A DNA stretch of 64,000 nucleotides from Candidatus Thorarchaeota archaeon SMTZ1-45 (lineage in GTDB: Archaea; Asgardarchaeota; Thorarchaeia; Thorarchaeales; Thorarchaeaceae): positions 115,129-179,128 of the forward strand of contig LRSL01000069.1 in the NCBI GenBank assembly GCA_001563335.1. The letters are read 5' to 3'. Position 1 is the stretch's first letter. Each line of letters begins with the position of its first letter. Both the position numbers and the translations under genes were made by a program. The notes under the pieces are model-generated. The model searched no databases. It was not told where the DNA came from and saw only the letters and a list, made by a program, of their open reading frames with translations. Below, one piece after another: positions 19,981 through 29,496 of this stretch.

Positions 19981-20544
19981 ATGCCTATTCAAGCCTTACT
20001 CACATCTGCAGGACTAGTCCTACTGATGGAGTTAGGCGACAAGACAATGCTCACTACAATGTGTCTCAGCGCACAATATAGAAGACCAGGGCTGGTGCTT
20101 CTTGCCACAATGACCGCATTGGCAACATCATCAATCATCGCGGTAATTCTGGGATATGTTCTCTCCACTACTCTTCCCCTTGAAATCATTACATATGTGT
20201 CTGGATTATTGTTTGTTGGTCTTGGTATCTATACACTCATTAAAGCCAACTCTGAGGTACCAGACACCTGTGATAATCCTGGTACTTTGTTTGGAATGTT
20301 CTCACTAATCTTATTGTCTGAACTTGGTGACAAAAGTCAAATCACAATACTTGCTCTAGCTGCGCAATCTTCCTTTGCAATATTGGTATTCATAGGATCC
20401 ATGATTGGCTTTCTGTTTGTAAACTCTCTTGCTGTTACAGCTGGAAACCATGTCGCTGAGCGCATTCCTCTTAAGATTGTGAGAAGAGCTGTTGGATTCA
20501 TCTTCATATTATTTGGTTCTCTCGTAGTACTAGGCATTCTCTAA
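19981..20544 (+). CDS. TMEM165/GDT1 (UPF0016) Mn2+/Ca2+ transporter
   Basis: Two ELGDK(T/S) motifs; hydrophobic. Confidence 0.92.
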   Translation: MPIQALLTSAGLVLLMELGDKTMLTTMCLSAQYRRPGLVLLATMTALATSSIIAVILGYVLSTTLPLEIITYVSGLLFVGLGIYTLIKANSEVPDTCDNPGTLFGMFSLILLSELGDKSQITILALAAQSSFAILVFIGSMIGFLFVNSLAVTAGNHVAERIPLKIVRRAVGFIFILFGSLVVLGIL

Positions 20545-20621
20545 TCTTCACATTCTCTGATAACGAAGCCTTTTATGACTCATCTCACCTCATTGAGTTC
20601 GAACTTGAGGTGAGAACATAG

Positions 20622-21971
20622 GTGAGTCTTGATGATTCGGGCTACAGTGGTCTGGTTCTTGATAAGCTCTCTACTTCCAATATCAAATTTGGAGATACGA
20701 TTCTTGTTAAGATAAATGAAGAGGAGTATATCGGAGTACTCATGCCTCGAAGTCAAGTTGGCAGTGATCAATTCCATCTTGTTCTCAAGCTTGAAAGCGG
20801 CTATAATATTGGCATAAAACTAAATCAAGATACTCAAGTACGCAAAATTAAGACTGGTAAGAAGAAACAAACAGTTTCTACAGAAAAGAGACCTGTTACA
20901 AAGGACTTGCCCATAGCTTCAATCCTAAGTACAGGAGGCACAATTGCTAGCAAAGTGGACTATCAGACCGGTGCAGTTAACCCAGCATTGTCAGCACAAG
21001 ACCTCTATGATACTGTGCCAGAACTTGGCAATTATGCTATAGTTCGTGCAAAAGTTATCATGAGTATACTCTCTGAGAATATCCGACCAAATGATTGGAC
21101 CAAGATTGCTCGAAGTGTAGCTGCTGAAATCAAAGCTGGATCAGATGGGGTTGTGATTGCACACGGAACAGACACACTTGGATTCACTGCAGCAGCACTG
21201 TCATTTGCACTTCAAGATCTTCCAGTTCCAGTTGTTTTAGTCGGGTCACAAAGATCCTCTGATCGTCCATCTTCAGATGCTGCTATGAATCTGATTGGTG
21301 CTATTAACTTGGCCACAAGAGCTGATGCTGCAGATGTCTTTGTGTTGATGCATGCAGAAACAAGTGATAGCTATCTTCATGCTCATCTAGGAACACGGAC
21401 TAGAAAACTCCACACAAGTCGTCGTGATGCCTTTCAGTCAGTCAATAGCTATCCCTTCTATCGTGTGAGCGGAGAAAATGTTCTGGAACTCTGTTCTCCT
21501 TTACGACGAAGAAACACTGAAAGAAAACTCAACCTGAAACCCAAATTCGAGGAAAAAGTAGCTCTTGTAAAGACCAATCCAAGCATTGAAGCCTCACTAA
21601 TCGATTTGTTTGTAGAAATAGGATACAAAGGAATATTGATTGAGGGTACTGGTTTAGGACATGCTCCAGACCGTCTTCAACCATCAATCAAGAAGGCAAT
21701 TGATGCAGGAATCATTATCGCGATGTCAAGCCAGTGTCTATTCGGACGTATAAACATGAATGTCTATCGATCAGGAGTTGAACTTCTTGACATCGGAGTT
21801 ATCCCCTGCGAAGACATGTTCCCAGAAACTGCACTGGTGAAGCTCATGTGGGTCTTGGCAAACAGCAAAGACCAAGACTCTGCAAAACACCTCTTCTCGA
21901 AGCCTCTTGCAGGAGAGATTGACATGCGCAGTGAGGAATCTGAGTACGTCAAAAGTCTTGGAGGGCATTGA
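20622..21971 (+). CDS. gatD: Glu-tRNA(Gln) amidotransferase subunit D
   Basis: VLKLESGYNIG, STGGTIAS, HGTDT, QRSSDRPSSD. Confidence 0.96.
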   Translation: MSLDDSGYSGLVLDKLSTSNIKFGDTILVKINEEEYIGVLMPRSQVGSDQFHLVLKLESGYNIGIKLNQDTQVRKIKTGKKKQTVSTEKRPVTKDLPIASILSTGGTIASKVDYQTGAVNPALSAQDLYDTVPELGNYAIVRAKVIMSILSENIRPNDWTKIARSVAAEIKAGSDGVVIAHGTDTLGFTAAALSFALQDLPVPVVLVGSQRSSDRPSSDAAMNLIGAINLATRADAADVFVLMHAETSDSYLHAHLGTRTRKLHTSRRDAFQSVNSYPFYRVSGENVLELCSPLRRRNTERKLNLKPKFEEKVALVKTNPSIEASLIDLFVEIGYKGILIEGTGLGHAPDRLQPSIKKAIDAGIIIAMSSQCLFGRINMNVYRSGVELLDIGVIPCEDMFPETALVKLMWVLANSKDQDSAKHLFSKPLAGEIDMRSEESEYVKSLGGH

Positions 21972-21972
21972 G

Positions 21973-23889
21973 TTGTCTGAAGAGAACAAGTTTAGAAAAC
22001 TGGGACTAATGGTGGGTCTCGAACTTCATCAACAATTGAACACCCAACGCAAGCTGTTTTGTCATTGCCCCACAATAGTCCGTGATGAGGAGCCAGATGG
22101 GAAATTTATACGAAGATTACGCCCGACCCAAAGTGAGATGGGCGAGATTGATCCCGCTGCGCTCTTCGAATTTCAAAGACAAAAACGATTTTGTTACGAG
22201 TATTACAATGATACCACTTGTCTAGTAGAAACTGATGAAGAGCCTCCTCATGATCTCTGTGAAGAGGCTGTCGATATTTGTTTGACAATAGCTGAATTTC
22301 TAAAGTCGAAACCTGTGGATGAAATACATCCCATGAGAAAGATCGTAATAGACGGGTCCAATACAACTGGTTTTCAACGTACAACAATCATTGCAAACGG
22401 AGGACAAGTTATTGTTGGGGAGAAAACAATTGGAATTCAGACAATCTGTCTTGAAGAGGACGCAGCAAGAAAGATAGCTGATGATGAAGATAACAACATG
22501 AGAGTATACAGGCTTGATCGTCTTGGTATTCCACTAATTGAGGTCGCCACTGATCCTGACATTCAAACTCCCGAAGAAGCACAAGAGGTCGCTCTTGCAT
22601 TGGGTCTTCTCCTAAGGTCCACAGGGAATGTCAAACGAGGACTCGGTACAATTCGTCAAGATGTTAACGTATCAATCAAAGATGGAGCTATCATAGAAAT
22701 CAAGGGATTTCAACAGATTGACATGCTCGCAAAACTTGTTGAGTTTGAAGCTCAAAGACAAGAGAAACTGATTGAAATTAGGGATATTTTGAAGACTCGG
22801 GGTGTTTCTGTAAATGATATCAAACCAAAATTAGTCGACATAACCACAGTTTTCGAAAAAAGTGAATCAAAAGTCATCAAAAACGCCCGAAAGTCAGGTG
22901 GTGCTGTATACGCTGTAAAACTGCCTGGTTTTGCCAACATCATTGGGATTGAAATTCAACCAAATCGACGACTCGGAACTGAACTATCTGACTATGCCAA
23001 GTTCTGGGGTGGAGTTGGAGGGATATTCCATACAGATGAACTTCCCAAGTATGGAATCACTGAATCAGATGTTTCAAAACTACGAAAAACAGTCAATGCC
23101 AGCGAAAAAGATGCGGTTGTACTTGTTGCATCATCTAAAGAACAATGCAATGATGCTCTAGAAGCAGTGGTCAAAAGAGCTAAAGAGGCAGTCATAGGAG
23201 TTCCAGCGGAAACAAGAACTCCACTCCCTGATGCCACATCAAAATATGCAAGACCCCGGCCTGGATCATCTCGCATGTATCCTGAAACAGACGTAAGACC
23301 AGTAAAAATCACTGAATCCCGCTTGAGAAAAGTCCGGAGGGACATGCCTGAAACTATTGAGAATCGCGAGAAACGATTCATCAAAGAATATGAATTAAGC
23401 CCAGATCTTGCACACCAAATTACCCGTTCTCAAAATCTTGATCTCTTTGAACAGATAATAAAAGAAACTGAAGTTTCTCCAACATTGATTGCAGCGACCT
23501 TAGAAAATACAGTAATTAGTCTTCATAGAGACCAAGTTCCTACCGAGAATCTTGATGACACCCACTTTCTTGAGATGTTCAAATCAATCTCAAAGAAAGC
23601 GATATCATCCGAGGCTATTCCCTTGATACTTACATTCTTTGCTAATCACCCAAGATTGAGCATTGAGATGGCAATAGAATCAACTGGCTTAGGTATGGCG
23701 ACTAGTAATGAAGTTGAAGATATTGTTAAGAAAATAGTAGCTGAGCGAAAAGATTTCATTCGAGAGCAAGGAGAACGATCAATAGGTGGACTCATGGGCA
23801 TAGCTATGCAAGAACTGCGTGGCAAGGCTGACGGTAAGAAGGTCAAAGAGTTGCTTACAATAGAAATTCAAAAACTACTCAAATTATAG
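21973..23889 (+). CDS. gatE: Glu-tRNA(Gln) amidotransferase subunit E
   Basis: GLELHQQL..KLFC, DGSNTTGFQRT, RMYPETD; start moved to TTG 21973 after GGAGG. Confidence 0.95.
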   Translation: MSEENKFRKLGLMVGLELHQQLNTQRKLFCHCPTIVRDEEPDGKFIRRLRPTQSEMGEIDPAALFEFQRQKRFCYEYYNDTTCLVETDEEPPHDLCEEAVDICLTIAEFLKSKPVDEIHPMRKIVIDGSNTTGFQRTTIIANGGQVIVGEKTIGIQTICLEEDAARKIADDEDNNMRVYRLDRLGIPLIEVATDPDIQTPEEAQEVALALGLLLRSTGNVKRGLGTIRQDVNVSIKDGAIIEIKGFQQIDMLAKLVEFEAQRQEKLIEIRDILKTRGVSVNDIKPKLVDITTVFEKSESKVIKNARKSGGAVYAVKLPGFANIIGIEIQPNRRLGTELSDYAKFWGGVGGIFHTDELPKYGITESDVSKLRKTVNASEKDAVVLVASSKEQCNDALEAVVKRAKEAVIGVPAETRTPLPDATSKYARPRPGSSRMYPETDVRPVKITESRLRKVRRDMPETIENREKRFIKEYELSPDLAHQITRSQNLDLFEQIIKETEVSPTLIAATLENTVISLHRDQVPTENLDDTHFLEMFKSISKKAISSEAIPLILTFFANHPRLSIEMAIESTGLGMATSNEVEDIVKKIVAERKDFIREQGERSIGGLMGIAMQELRGKADGKKVKELLTIEIQKLLKL

Positions 23890-23993
23890 ATATTCAGTGA
23901 AAGCAGCTTGCATATTTCAGGAAACTCAAGGATAAGGTTAATTAGAGGAATCCAGAGTGCTCCTTTACCAGACTTCGTTACTAGTGCAAAAGT

Positions 23994-24158
23994 GCCGCAG
24001 TGGCCTAGCCTGGTTAGGGCGCGAGACTCATAATCTTCTTGGGTTTACCAAGATATGATCGGGGTCATTGAGACCGCGCCTGATGAGGCATCTCGAAGTC
24101 GTGGGCTCGAAACTCTGTCACACTTCGTGATAGAGAGATCATCCCACCTGCGGCACCA
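23994..24158 (+). tRNA. Elongator tRNA-Met(CAT) with two introns: 37/38 (24033-24089) and 59/60 (24112-24141)
   Basis: GCCGCAG/CTGCGGC acceptor + CCA; BHB CTCA/TGAG for intron 1; 9-bp hairpin in the T-loop intron. Confidence 0.88.
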
Positions 24159-24185
24159 GCTCATTGTTAGTTGCTCAATATATTA

Positions 24186-24971
24186 CTATAAAGTCCATGC
24201 TAATTCTACAATTGTGAAGCTATAAAGAATCATAGATATTGTGACCCAATATAGTACAAACCACACGATATACCTGAGTGGTTTTCCTTTCGATAGTATT
24301 CTATATTTGTCCATAAAATTGAAAATGGACACTCTTGGTAGAAGAAATGGAGTTCGTTTACAATAGTCGATGTATTCAACTCCAAACTTATTCGTAAGCC
24401 CAATCTCTTCAAAATCAGCAACGACAATAAGTATGAATGATACAAGTGACCATGAAAGAATATCTCCGGGTCTTACTCCACTCCATTGTGCTGAATAACT
24501 AATATTGAACAGAGCAAGGGGAAGAAGAAACATGATGATACCAAGATGCTGTGGATGTCTCACCCAACGATAAGGACCCGAAGTAATGAATTGAACACCA
24601 TTTGAAATTCTTCGAGTCATCTCAACAAAGGAACGAATCAAAAGTGCTAGTCCCAGAAAAAAGACTATTCCTTGAACAGTGTATATTATTACTGCAACCA
24701 ATGGGTCAATATCCGGTATCCAAATACCTCCCCATTCTGAATAGTAGGGAAAGATGAATCCTATGAAAAACCAAGCAGTATACCATGCTGGTAATAACCA
24801 TAACATGGGTGTTAGAATCCCAGCAACTACAGGAAGATATGTGAACACAGAAGCAATAGCAACTAATAGACGACCAATCAGTCTGTTCCTTTGACTGCTT
24901 GTCAACGCACTTCCAACCTCCAGAATCATTACTTTTCTACTGCAGAATAAATGTAGCTGGAAGTACCTCAT
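24186..24971 (-). CDS. Isoprenylcysteine carboxyl methyltransferase / PEMT family membrane protein
   Basis: TSGPYRWVRHPQHLG, EE..L...FG.EY..Y. Confidence 0.8.
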   Translation of the reverse strand: MRYFQLHLFCSRKVMILEVGSALTSSQRNRLIGRLLVAIASVFTYLPVVAGILTPMLWLLPAWYTAWFFIGFIFPYYSEWGGIWIPDIDPLVAVIIYTVQGIVFFLGLALLIRSFVEMTRRISNGVQFITSGPYRWVRHPQHLGIIMFLLPLALFNISYSAQWSGVRPGDILSWSLVSFILIVVADFEEIGLTNKFGVEYIDYCKRTPFLLPRVSIFNFMDKYRILSKGKPLRYIVWFVLYWVTISMILYSFTIVELAWTL

Positions 24972-25023
24972 CTGTTGTTTCTCTCATGACGGGGTTATTA
25001 GGAATTAATCTACACTTAACATT

Positions 25024-25236
25024 ATGAAGAAAGAAAAGTGGAAATTGGTAGGCGGACGTGTCTATAGACTTGTGGAAGTCTTTGACAACATACTTGATGC
25101 AACATTACAAGCTAGAGAGTTGAAAGAGAATAATCACGTGTTTCTCTCAAAGCTAGAAAAAAATCAATGGGCTGTTTATCATAGACCTAAGGATCTTAAT
25201 ATTGAATGCACTCCCAAACACTTCAATATAGTATAG
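25024..25236 (+). CDS. Small hypothetical protein (paralog of 29224-29427)
   Basis: Shares W.LV.G..Y.L and WA.Y.RPK motifs with its paralog. Confidence 0.75.
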   Translation: MKKEKWKLVGGRVYRLVEVFDNILDATLQARELKENNHVFLSKLEKNQWAVYHRPKDLNIECTPKHFNIV

Positions 25237-25287
25237 ACTACTTTCATTTCCATTGGGACTTAATAGATTCTAAAAGAACATAGAACC

Positions 25288-25599
25288 ATGACAATCGACC
25301 CAATGGTAACGGAAAATGGCATTGAGAATAGAAGAATCAGGATTGAATCATTGGGTAGAATTATCAAACAGCTTCAACGCCCACACTTTGAAAAACTCAT
25401 ACGAGAATCTATCATTTCAGGAATCATTGATATCACAGACTGGACAATTGAGGCTGTGAGAGCATTGCTAAAGGTCTGTGCAGAAAAGAACCTCAAAATC
25501 ACTCTGAAAGATGGCACAAGATACATCATGCTGGTCAAATATCCAAAAGACCAAATGCTAGAATCACTTGCAAATGCTATCAAGTCTGGCGAGTGGTAA
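25288..25599 (+). CDS. Hypothetical protein
   Basis: 103-aa ORF co-oriented with its neighbours. Confidence 0.6.
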   Translation: MTIDPMVTENGIENRRIRIESLGRIIKQLQRPHFEKLIRESIISGIIDITDWTIEAVRALLKVCAEKNLKITLKDGTRYIMLVKYPKDQMLESLANAIKSGEW

Positions 25600-25665
25600 A
25601 CCCACCTCAAAACCCTTGAAAATCTCTTTATTGCCGCATAGCTTGAAACAAAGCAGGTGATAACA

Positions 25666-26877
25666 ATGAAATTCGCTTTCAAAACACTTGACGATATTGA
25701 CTATGTCGGAAAACGAGTGCTAATTCGTGTTGACATGAATTGCTCTGTAGATCCTGAAACTAAGCAAATTACTGATATATCACGGATTGAAGCTATCCGA
25801 GAAACATTAGAAGAACTCTCTAAAAGTAAGGTTGTTCTTATGGCTCATCAAGGAAGCCCTGGTAGTGATGATTTCATATCACTGGAACAACATACTGAAA
25901 TTTTGAAGAGTTTCGGATTAAAAGCGAGCTTCATTGATGATATTTTTGGAGAAAAGGCAAAGAAAGCCATACCACAGGTCAAAGAGGGCGAGATTCTGGT
26001 TCTCCAAAACGTTCGTTACTTCGAAGGTGAATTGAAGAAAGCACCACCTCCGGAAGTCGCTAAAGAGAAGATTGTACAGGAACTTTACCCACTCTTTGAT
26101 ATCTTTGTGAACGATGCTTTTGGGGCTTCACATCGTTCTCAAGCATCTATCGTTGGTTTCACCACTGTTTTGCCATCAGTTGCTGGAAGACTTGTAGAGA
26201 AAGAGATTCGTACACTCACTGCTGCAACAGCTACTGATCAACATCCATGGACTCTAGTATTAGGGGGAAGTAAAGTAGAAGATAAAGTTGACATACTTAA
26301 TAGGCTCCTATCGACCGATAGAGTTGATAACGCGCTTCTAGGTGGACTCATCGGAACGCTATTTCTTATAGCTGATGAAAAAATTCCAGAAAGCTACTCG
26401 AAACCAATCAAGGGCTTCGAAACAGCAGTAGAAACAGCACGAAGTCTTCTGAGAAACTATCCTGATTTAATTACACTTCCTGAAGATGCTGCAGTAGAGA
26501 GAGATGATCACAGATTCAATTGCAACTTGAATCAAATAGAAAATCACCCATTCCTTGATATTGGCCCCAAAACAACCAAAAGGTATGTACAAATCGTTAA
26601 AGACTCTGCAGTAGTTTTTGCCAATGGCCCAATGGGATACTTTGAGAAAGAGGCTTTTGCACAAGGTACAACTGAAATTCTTAATGCAATTGCAGAATGC
26701 AAAGGGGTAACTGTTGTGGGTGGAGGTCATATGGGTGCTATGGCAAGGAAAATGAGTCTTGAAAATCGTATTACACATATCAGCACAGGTGGTGGAGCAA
26801 CCATCAACTTCCTAACTGGTAAAAAACTGGACCTTATAGCCGCACTAGAAGCTTCAGCTAAGAGAATGGATGGATAG
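25666..26877 (+). CDS. pgk: Phosphoglycerate kinase
   Basis: RVDMN, LQNVRY, NDAFGASHR, NGPMG, HISTGGGA. Confidence 0.96.
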   Translation: MKFAFKTLDDIDYVGKRVLIRVDMNCSVDPETKQITDISRIEAIRETLEELSKSKVVLMAHQGSPGSDDFISLEQHTEILKSFGLKASFIDDIFGEKAKKAIPQVKEGEILVLQNVRYFEGELKKAPPPEVAKEKIVQELYPLFDIFVNDAFGASHRSQASIVGFTTVLPSVAGRLVEKEIRTLTAATATDQHPWTLVLGGSKVEDKVDILNRLLSTDRVDNALLGGLIGTLFLIADEKIPESYSKPIKGFETAVETARSLLRNYPDLITLPEDAAVERDDHRFNCNLNQIENHPFLDIGPKTTKRYVQIVKDSAVVFANGPMGYFEKEAFAQGTTEILNAIAECKGVTVVGGGHMGAMARKMSLENRITHISTGGGATINFLTGKKLDLIAALEASAKRMDG

Positions 26878-26920
26878 ACCCATACAAATCAATCAAGACA
26901 TTATCATTTAGCTAAGTCAA

Positions 26921-27219
26921 GAACTAAGACTGTGGATATTGTTATTCTATCTGGTCTTCATTAATGTCTTAGCTGTCTTGACTATGTAGTGAGATAAAAG
27001 AAGAGCAAGGAAAGATGAGCGGCGAGTCAGCGAAGCTACTCTGCTCTTCATGAGTTTCATCGGTGGTGGGATTAGCATATTCATAGGGATGTTTGGTTTC
27101 CGCGCTTCAAGACCAGAAAGAGGTTGTTCCAAGCTATTACCATACTCGGATTGATTACATCATTCATAATATACTGGTTCCAATGGAGAGCAATTATGTG
27201 GCTTCTCTACTTCATGTAA
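26921..27219 (+). pseudogene. DUF1294 family pseudogene
   Basis: YLVFIN...M**DKRRA...RRVSEATL...GG...GMFGFR, then a frameshift before KTRK; TAG-TGA at 26987-26992. Confidence 0.75.
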
Positions 27220-27243
27220 TATATCACTCAAAATACGTATAGA

Positions 27244-27319
27244 TGGAGCCCCAGGCGAGATTTGAACTCGCGACCTGCTGATTACAAGTCAGCCGCTATA
27301 GCCTCTAAGCCACTGGGGC
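27244..27319 (-). tRNA. tRNA-Thr(TGT), intronless
   Basis: GCCCCAG/CTGGGGC acceptor, GCTGA-CTTGTAA-TCAGC, U73-CCA. Confidence 0.95.
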
Positions 27320-27370
27320 ACAACCTGCAGGTCAATCTGAACATATTATAGAGTTTTCGTAGCAGCACAT

Positions 27371-27913
27371 CTACTTGTCATGATACACATTGTCTATGAT
27401 AATGGCGTAAGCGAGCAACATCATTCTAGGTGCCATAGGGTCGACAATGTGAATCACATATCTGTCTTTGAAGTTGAAAGCTGGAGCAAAGATATCTCTC
27501 CACTTGTCACCTTTCCTAATCTCAGCGTACACTCTGTTTTTATCTTGAGCATCTGTAATTGTGAAGTTCCACTTCATTACTCCGCCCTGCGCTTTGTATA
27601 TCATTCTGTCTTCAGAATCATACATATCAACAGAACCTCTGAAAGCAATCATAGGTCGTTTCCCTCGACCAATTAATTCTCCAGTAGGAGCCTTGACGTC
27701 ATAAATTGGGCGAGCACTTACTAGTTTCTTATTGATAATACAGACAACAGAATCATCAGGGTTTCTTAGTTCGATCTCGGCACGCATCGAGATGAGTTTC
27801 CTCTTCATCGATCCGACCTTTTCACCTTGTGGGTTGTAGATATCACCACCGCCAAACTTCCAAGCTTTCTCGTGAAGTACATAATACTCAATTGATGGAT
27901 CAAAAAGTTCCAT
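27371..27913 (-). CDS. LURP-one-related / scramblase (Tubby C-like) protein
   Basis: Repeated beta-hairpins, FKDRYVIHI, C-terminal helix LLAYAIIID. Confidence 0.8.
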   Translation of the reverse strand: MELFDPSIEYYVLHEKAWKFGGGDIYNPQGEKVGSMKRKLISMRAEIELRNPDDSVVCIINKKLVSARPIYDVKAPTGELIGRGKRPMIAFRGSVDMYDSEDRMIYKAQGGVMKWNFTITDAQDKNRVYAEIRKGDKWRDIFAPAFNFKDRYVIHIVDPMAPRMMLLAYAIIIDNVYHDK

Positions 27914-28173
27914 ATTTCACCACCTTAGAATAGGTACCTTTACACTACAAACCCAATTAAGAAAAACTGGGTTGCATATCAACCATATAATTCATGTTAG
28001 TCAAAGACATGTTTATGAGCCCCCGTGCCTTGGTAACTGGTAAGGACCGTATCTTTTAGACATGAATCCTTATCACATGGGTGTCTTACAAACCCTAATC
28101 CTTACGAGAAAAGTAAAATAGCAAACAGGATTGCCTAGGAAAGCAAAGGACGAAATACCAGTAGGTGAAATAA

Positions 28174-29121
28174 TTGCAAACTCCCTATTCAGAATTCGCA
28201 CAATCGATAGTTAATCTATTCATACCAATATCAGACTTCTTCCAATCCATTGGCATACCATTTGGCCCGATGGCGTGGATGTTTATCATAACTGTAACAC
28301 CATTATTTCTAATAATAGTCCTACTGGCGGTCCGAGGACGACGTGGTTCTGGAAGTCCTGGTGTAGATGAAGCAATTAGGAAAGTCATTGCTTCAACTGG
28401 TGACGTTTCAGGTGGTCTCTCAGGTGCAAAGAAACTCAAGTTCCTAAAGACACCTGCACAAGCATTAGTATTTTTGAAAATTGAAGAAAATGCTATCCAA
28501 CAAGCCTTGTCTGCTGTCGATTACTATAACCAACAGGGCGATATTGACGAAGCCATAAAGGATAAGCTCACTACAGTTTACCAAGATCGTCTCACATCTG
28601 TAAAAGACGCTCTTGCAAAAGATGAGCAACTCAAGGAAATTGTAGACACATCCTCTGCAGTTGACAGAGCACGTTCTGATTATCTGGCCAAGCTAGCTGC
28701 AATGTCTGGAACTGCTGTTGAAGATGACACAGTTGAAGCTGGTCCCTCAAGTGTCGGAATGCCTACTACCCCAAGTACTGGTCCCCCAAGTGACGCAGTT
28801 CCAAGTGGCGGTCCCCCGGGTGGTGGTCCTCCAGGTGGCGGTCCTCCAAGCGGTGGCCCGCCAAGTGGCGGTCCCCCGGGTGGTGGTCCTCCAAGCGCTG
28901 GACCTCCAGGAGACTCTCCAACCGAAGCAGCTCCAAGTGCAGGTCCCCCAAGTGGCGTGACGCCAAGTGCAGGTCCTCCAAGTGGTGTAGCTCCAAGTGC
29001 AGGTCCTCCAGGAGGTGCGGTAATTGATGATACTCCTAAACCTGCAAGCGGAAAAAGCTCTCTTCAGTCAGAAATGCTAGCAGAAATGGAGCGTCTGAAA
29101 GCACTCATGGGCGGCGATTAA
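28174..29121 (+). CDS. Single-pass membrane protein with helical domain, Gly/Pro repeats and C-terminal amphipathic helix
   Basis: TM segment then RGRR; GGPP and SAGPP repeats; tail SLQSEMLAEMERLKALM; GGTGA SD. Confidence 0.8.
   Translation: MQTPYSEFAQSIVNLFIPISDFFQSIGIPFGPMAWMFIITVTPLFLIIVLLAVRGRRGSGSPGVDEAIRKVIASTGDVSGGLSGAKKLKFLKTPAQALVFLKIEENAIQQALSAVDYYNQQGDIDEAIKDKLTTVYQDRLTSVKDALAKDEQLKEIVDTSSAVDRARSDYLAKLAAMSGTAVEDDTVEAGPSSVGMPTTPSTGPPSDAVPSGGPPGGGPPGGGPPSGGPPSGGPPGGGPPSAGPPGDSPTEAAPSAGPPSGVTPSAGPPSGVAPSAGPPGGAVIDDTPKPASGKSSLQSEMLAEMERLKALMGGD
28780..29015 (+). repeat. Coding tandem repeats (15-bp GGPPG/GGPPS units; 30-bp PSAGPPSGVx units)
   Basis: Repeated ccaagtggcggtcccccgggtggtggtcctcca and ccaagtgcaggtcc. 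Confidence 0.85.
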
Positions 29122-29223
29122 ACAGCAAAATCATATCAAATGCCAGTATTTTGCACTCGTAAGTGAAATTATCGATAAATTTTGCTATTCTACCATTATT
29201 AGGACACATAGCAACATTAGCAT

Positions 29224-29427
29224 ATGATTAAACCCCCAAGATGGCAATTGGTAGATGGTCAAATATACCATCTAGCGGATATACTTCATAGCAAAAAGAA
29301 TGCAGAAATCCTTGCAAAATCTCTTGAGGATAACTGTTTTGTTACCATCATATCCACAGAAGATGGTAGATGGGCTTTGTATTGGCGACCCAAGACTGGA
29401 ACACTCTGTCCATATGGTGTTGTCTGA
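29224..29427 (+). CDS. Small hypothetical protein (paralog of 25024-25236)
   Basis: WQLVDGQIYHL...WALYWRPK. Confidence 0.75.
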   Translation: MIKPPRWQLVDGQIYHLADILHSKKNAEILAKSLEDNCFVTIISTEDGRWALYWRPKTGTLCPYGVV

Positions 29428-29496
29428 CTTCATCTCTCGGAAGGCTTTTGGGAAGCTTAGTGTACAAGTCAGTCACTGTGTAGCGGAGACCGTATC

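Noticed and set aside
24033-24100. C/D-box guide or hammerhead (CTGATGAG...CGAA) in the tRNA-Met intron
   Set aside because: No proper C box with a paired D'/C' set; the hammerhead GAAA and stems are missing; the motif is explained by the BHB helix
26987-26992. Pyl/Sec recoding of TAG-TGA
   Set aside because: An additional frameshift and no clear start indicate a pseudogene
28780-29015. CRISPR-like repeats
   Set aside because: In-frame coding repeats without unique spacers; no CRISPR array or cas gene in the window
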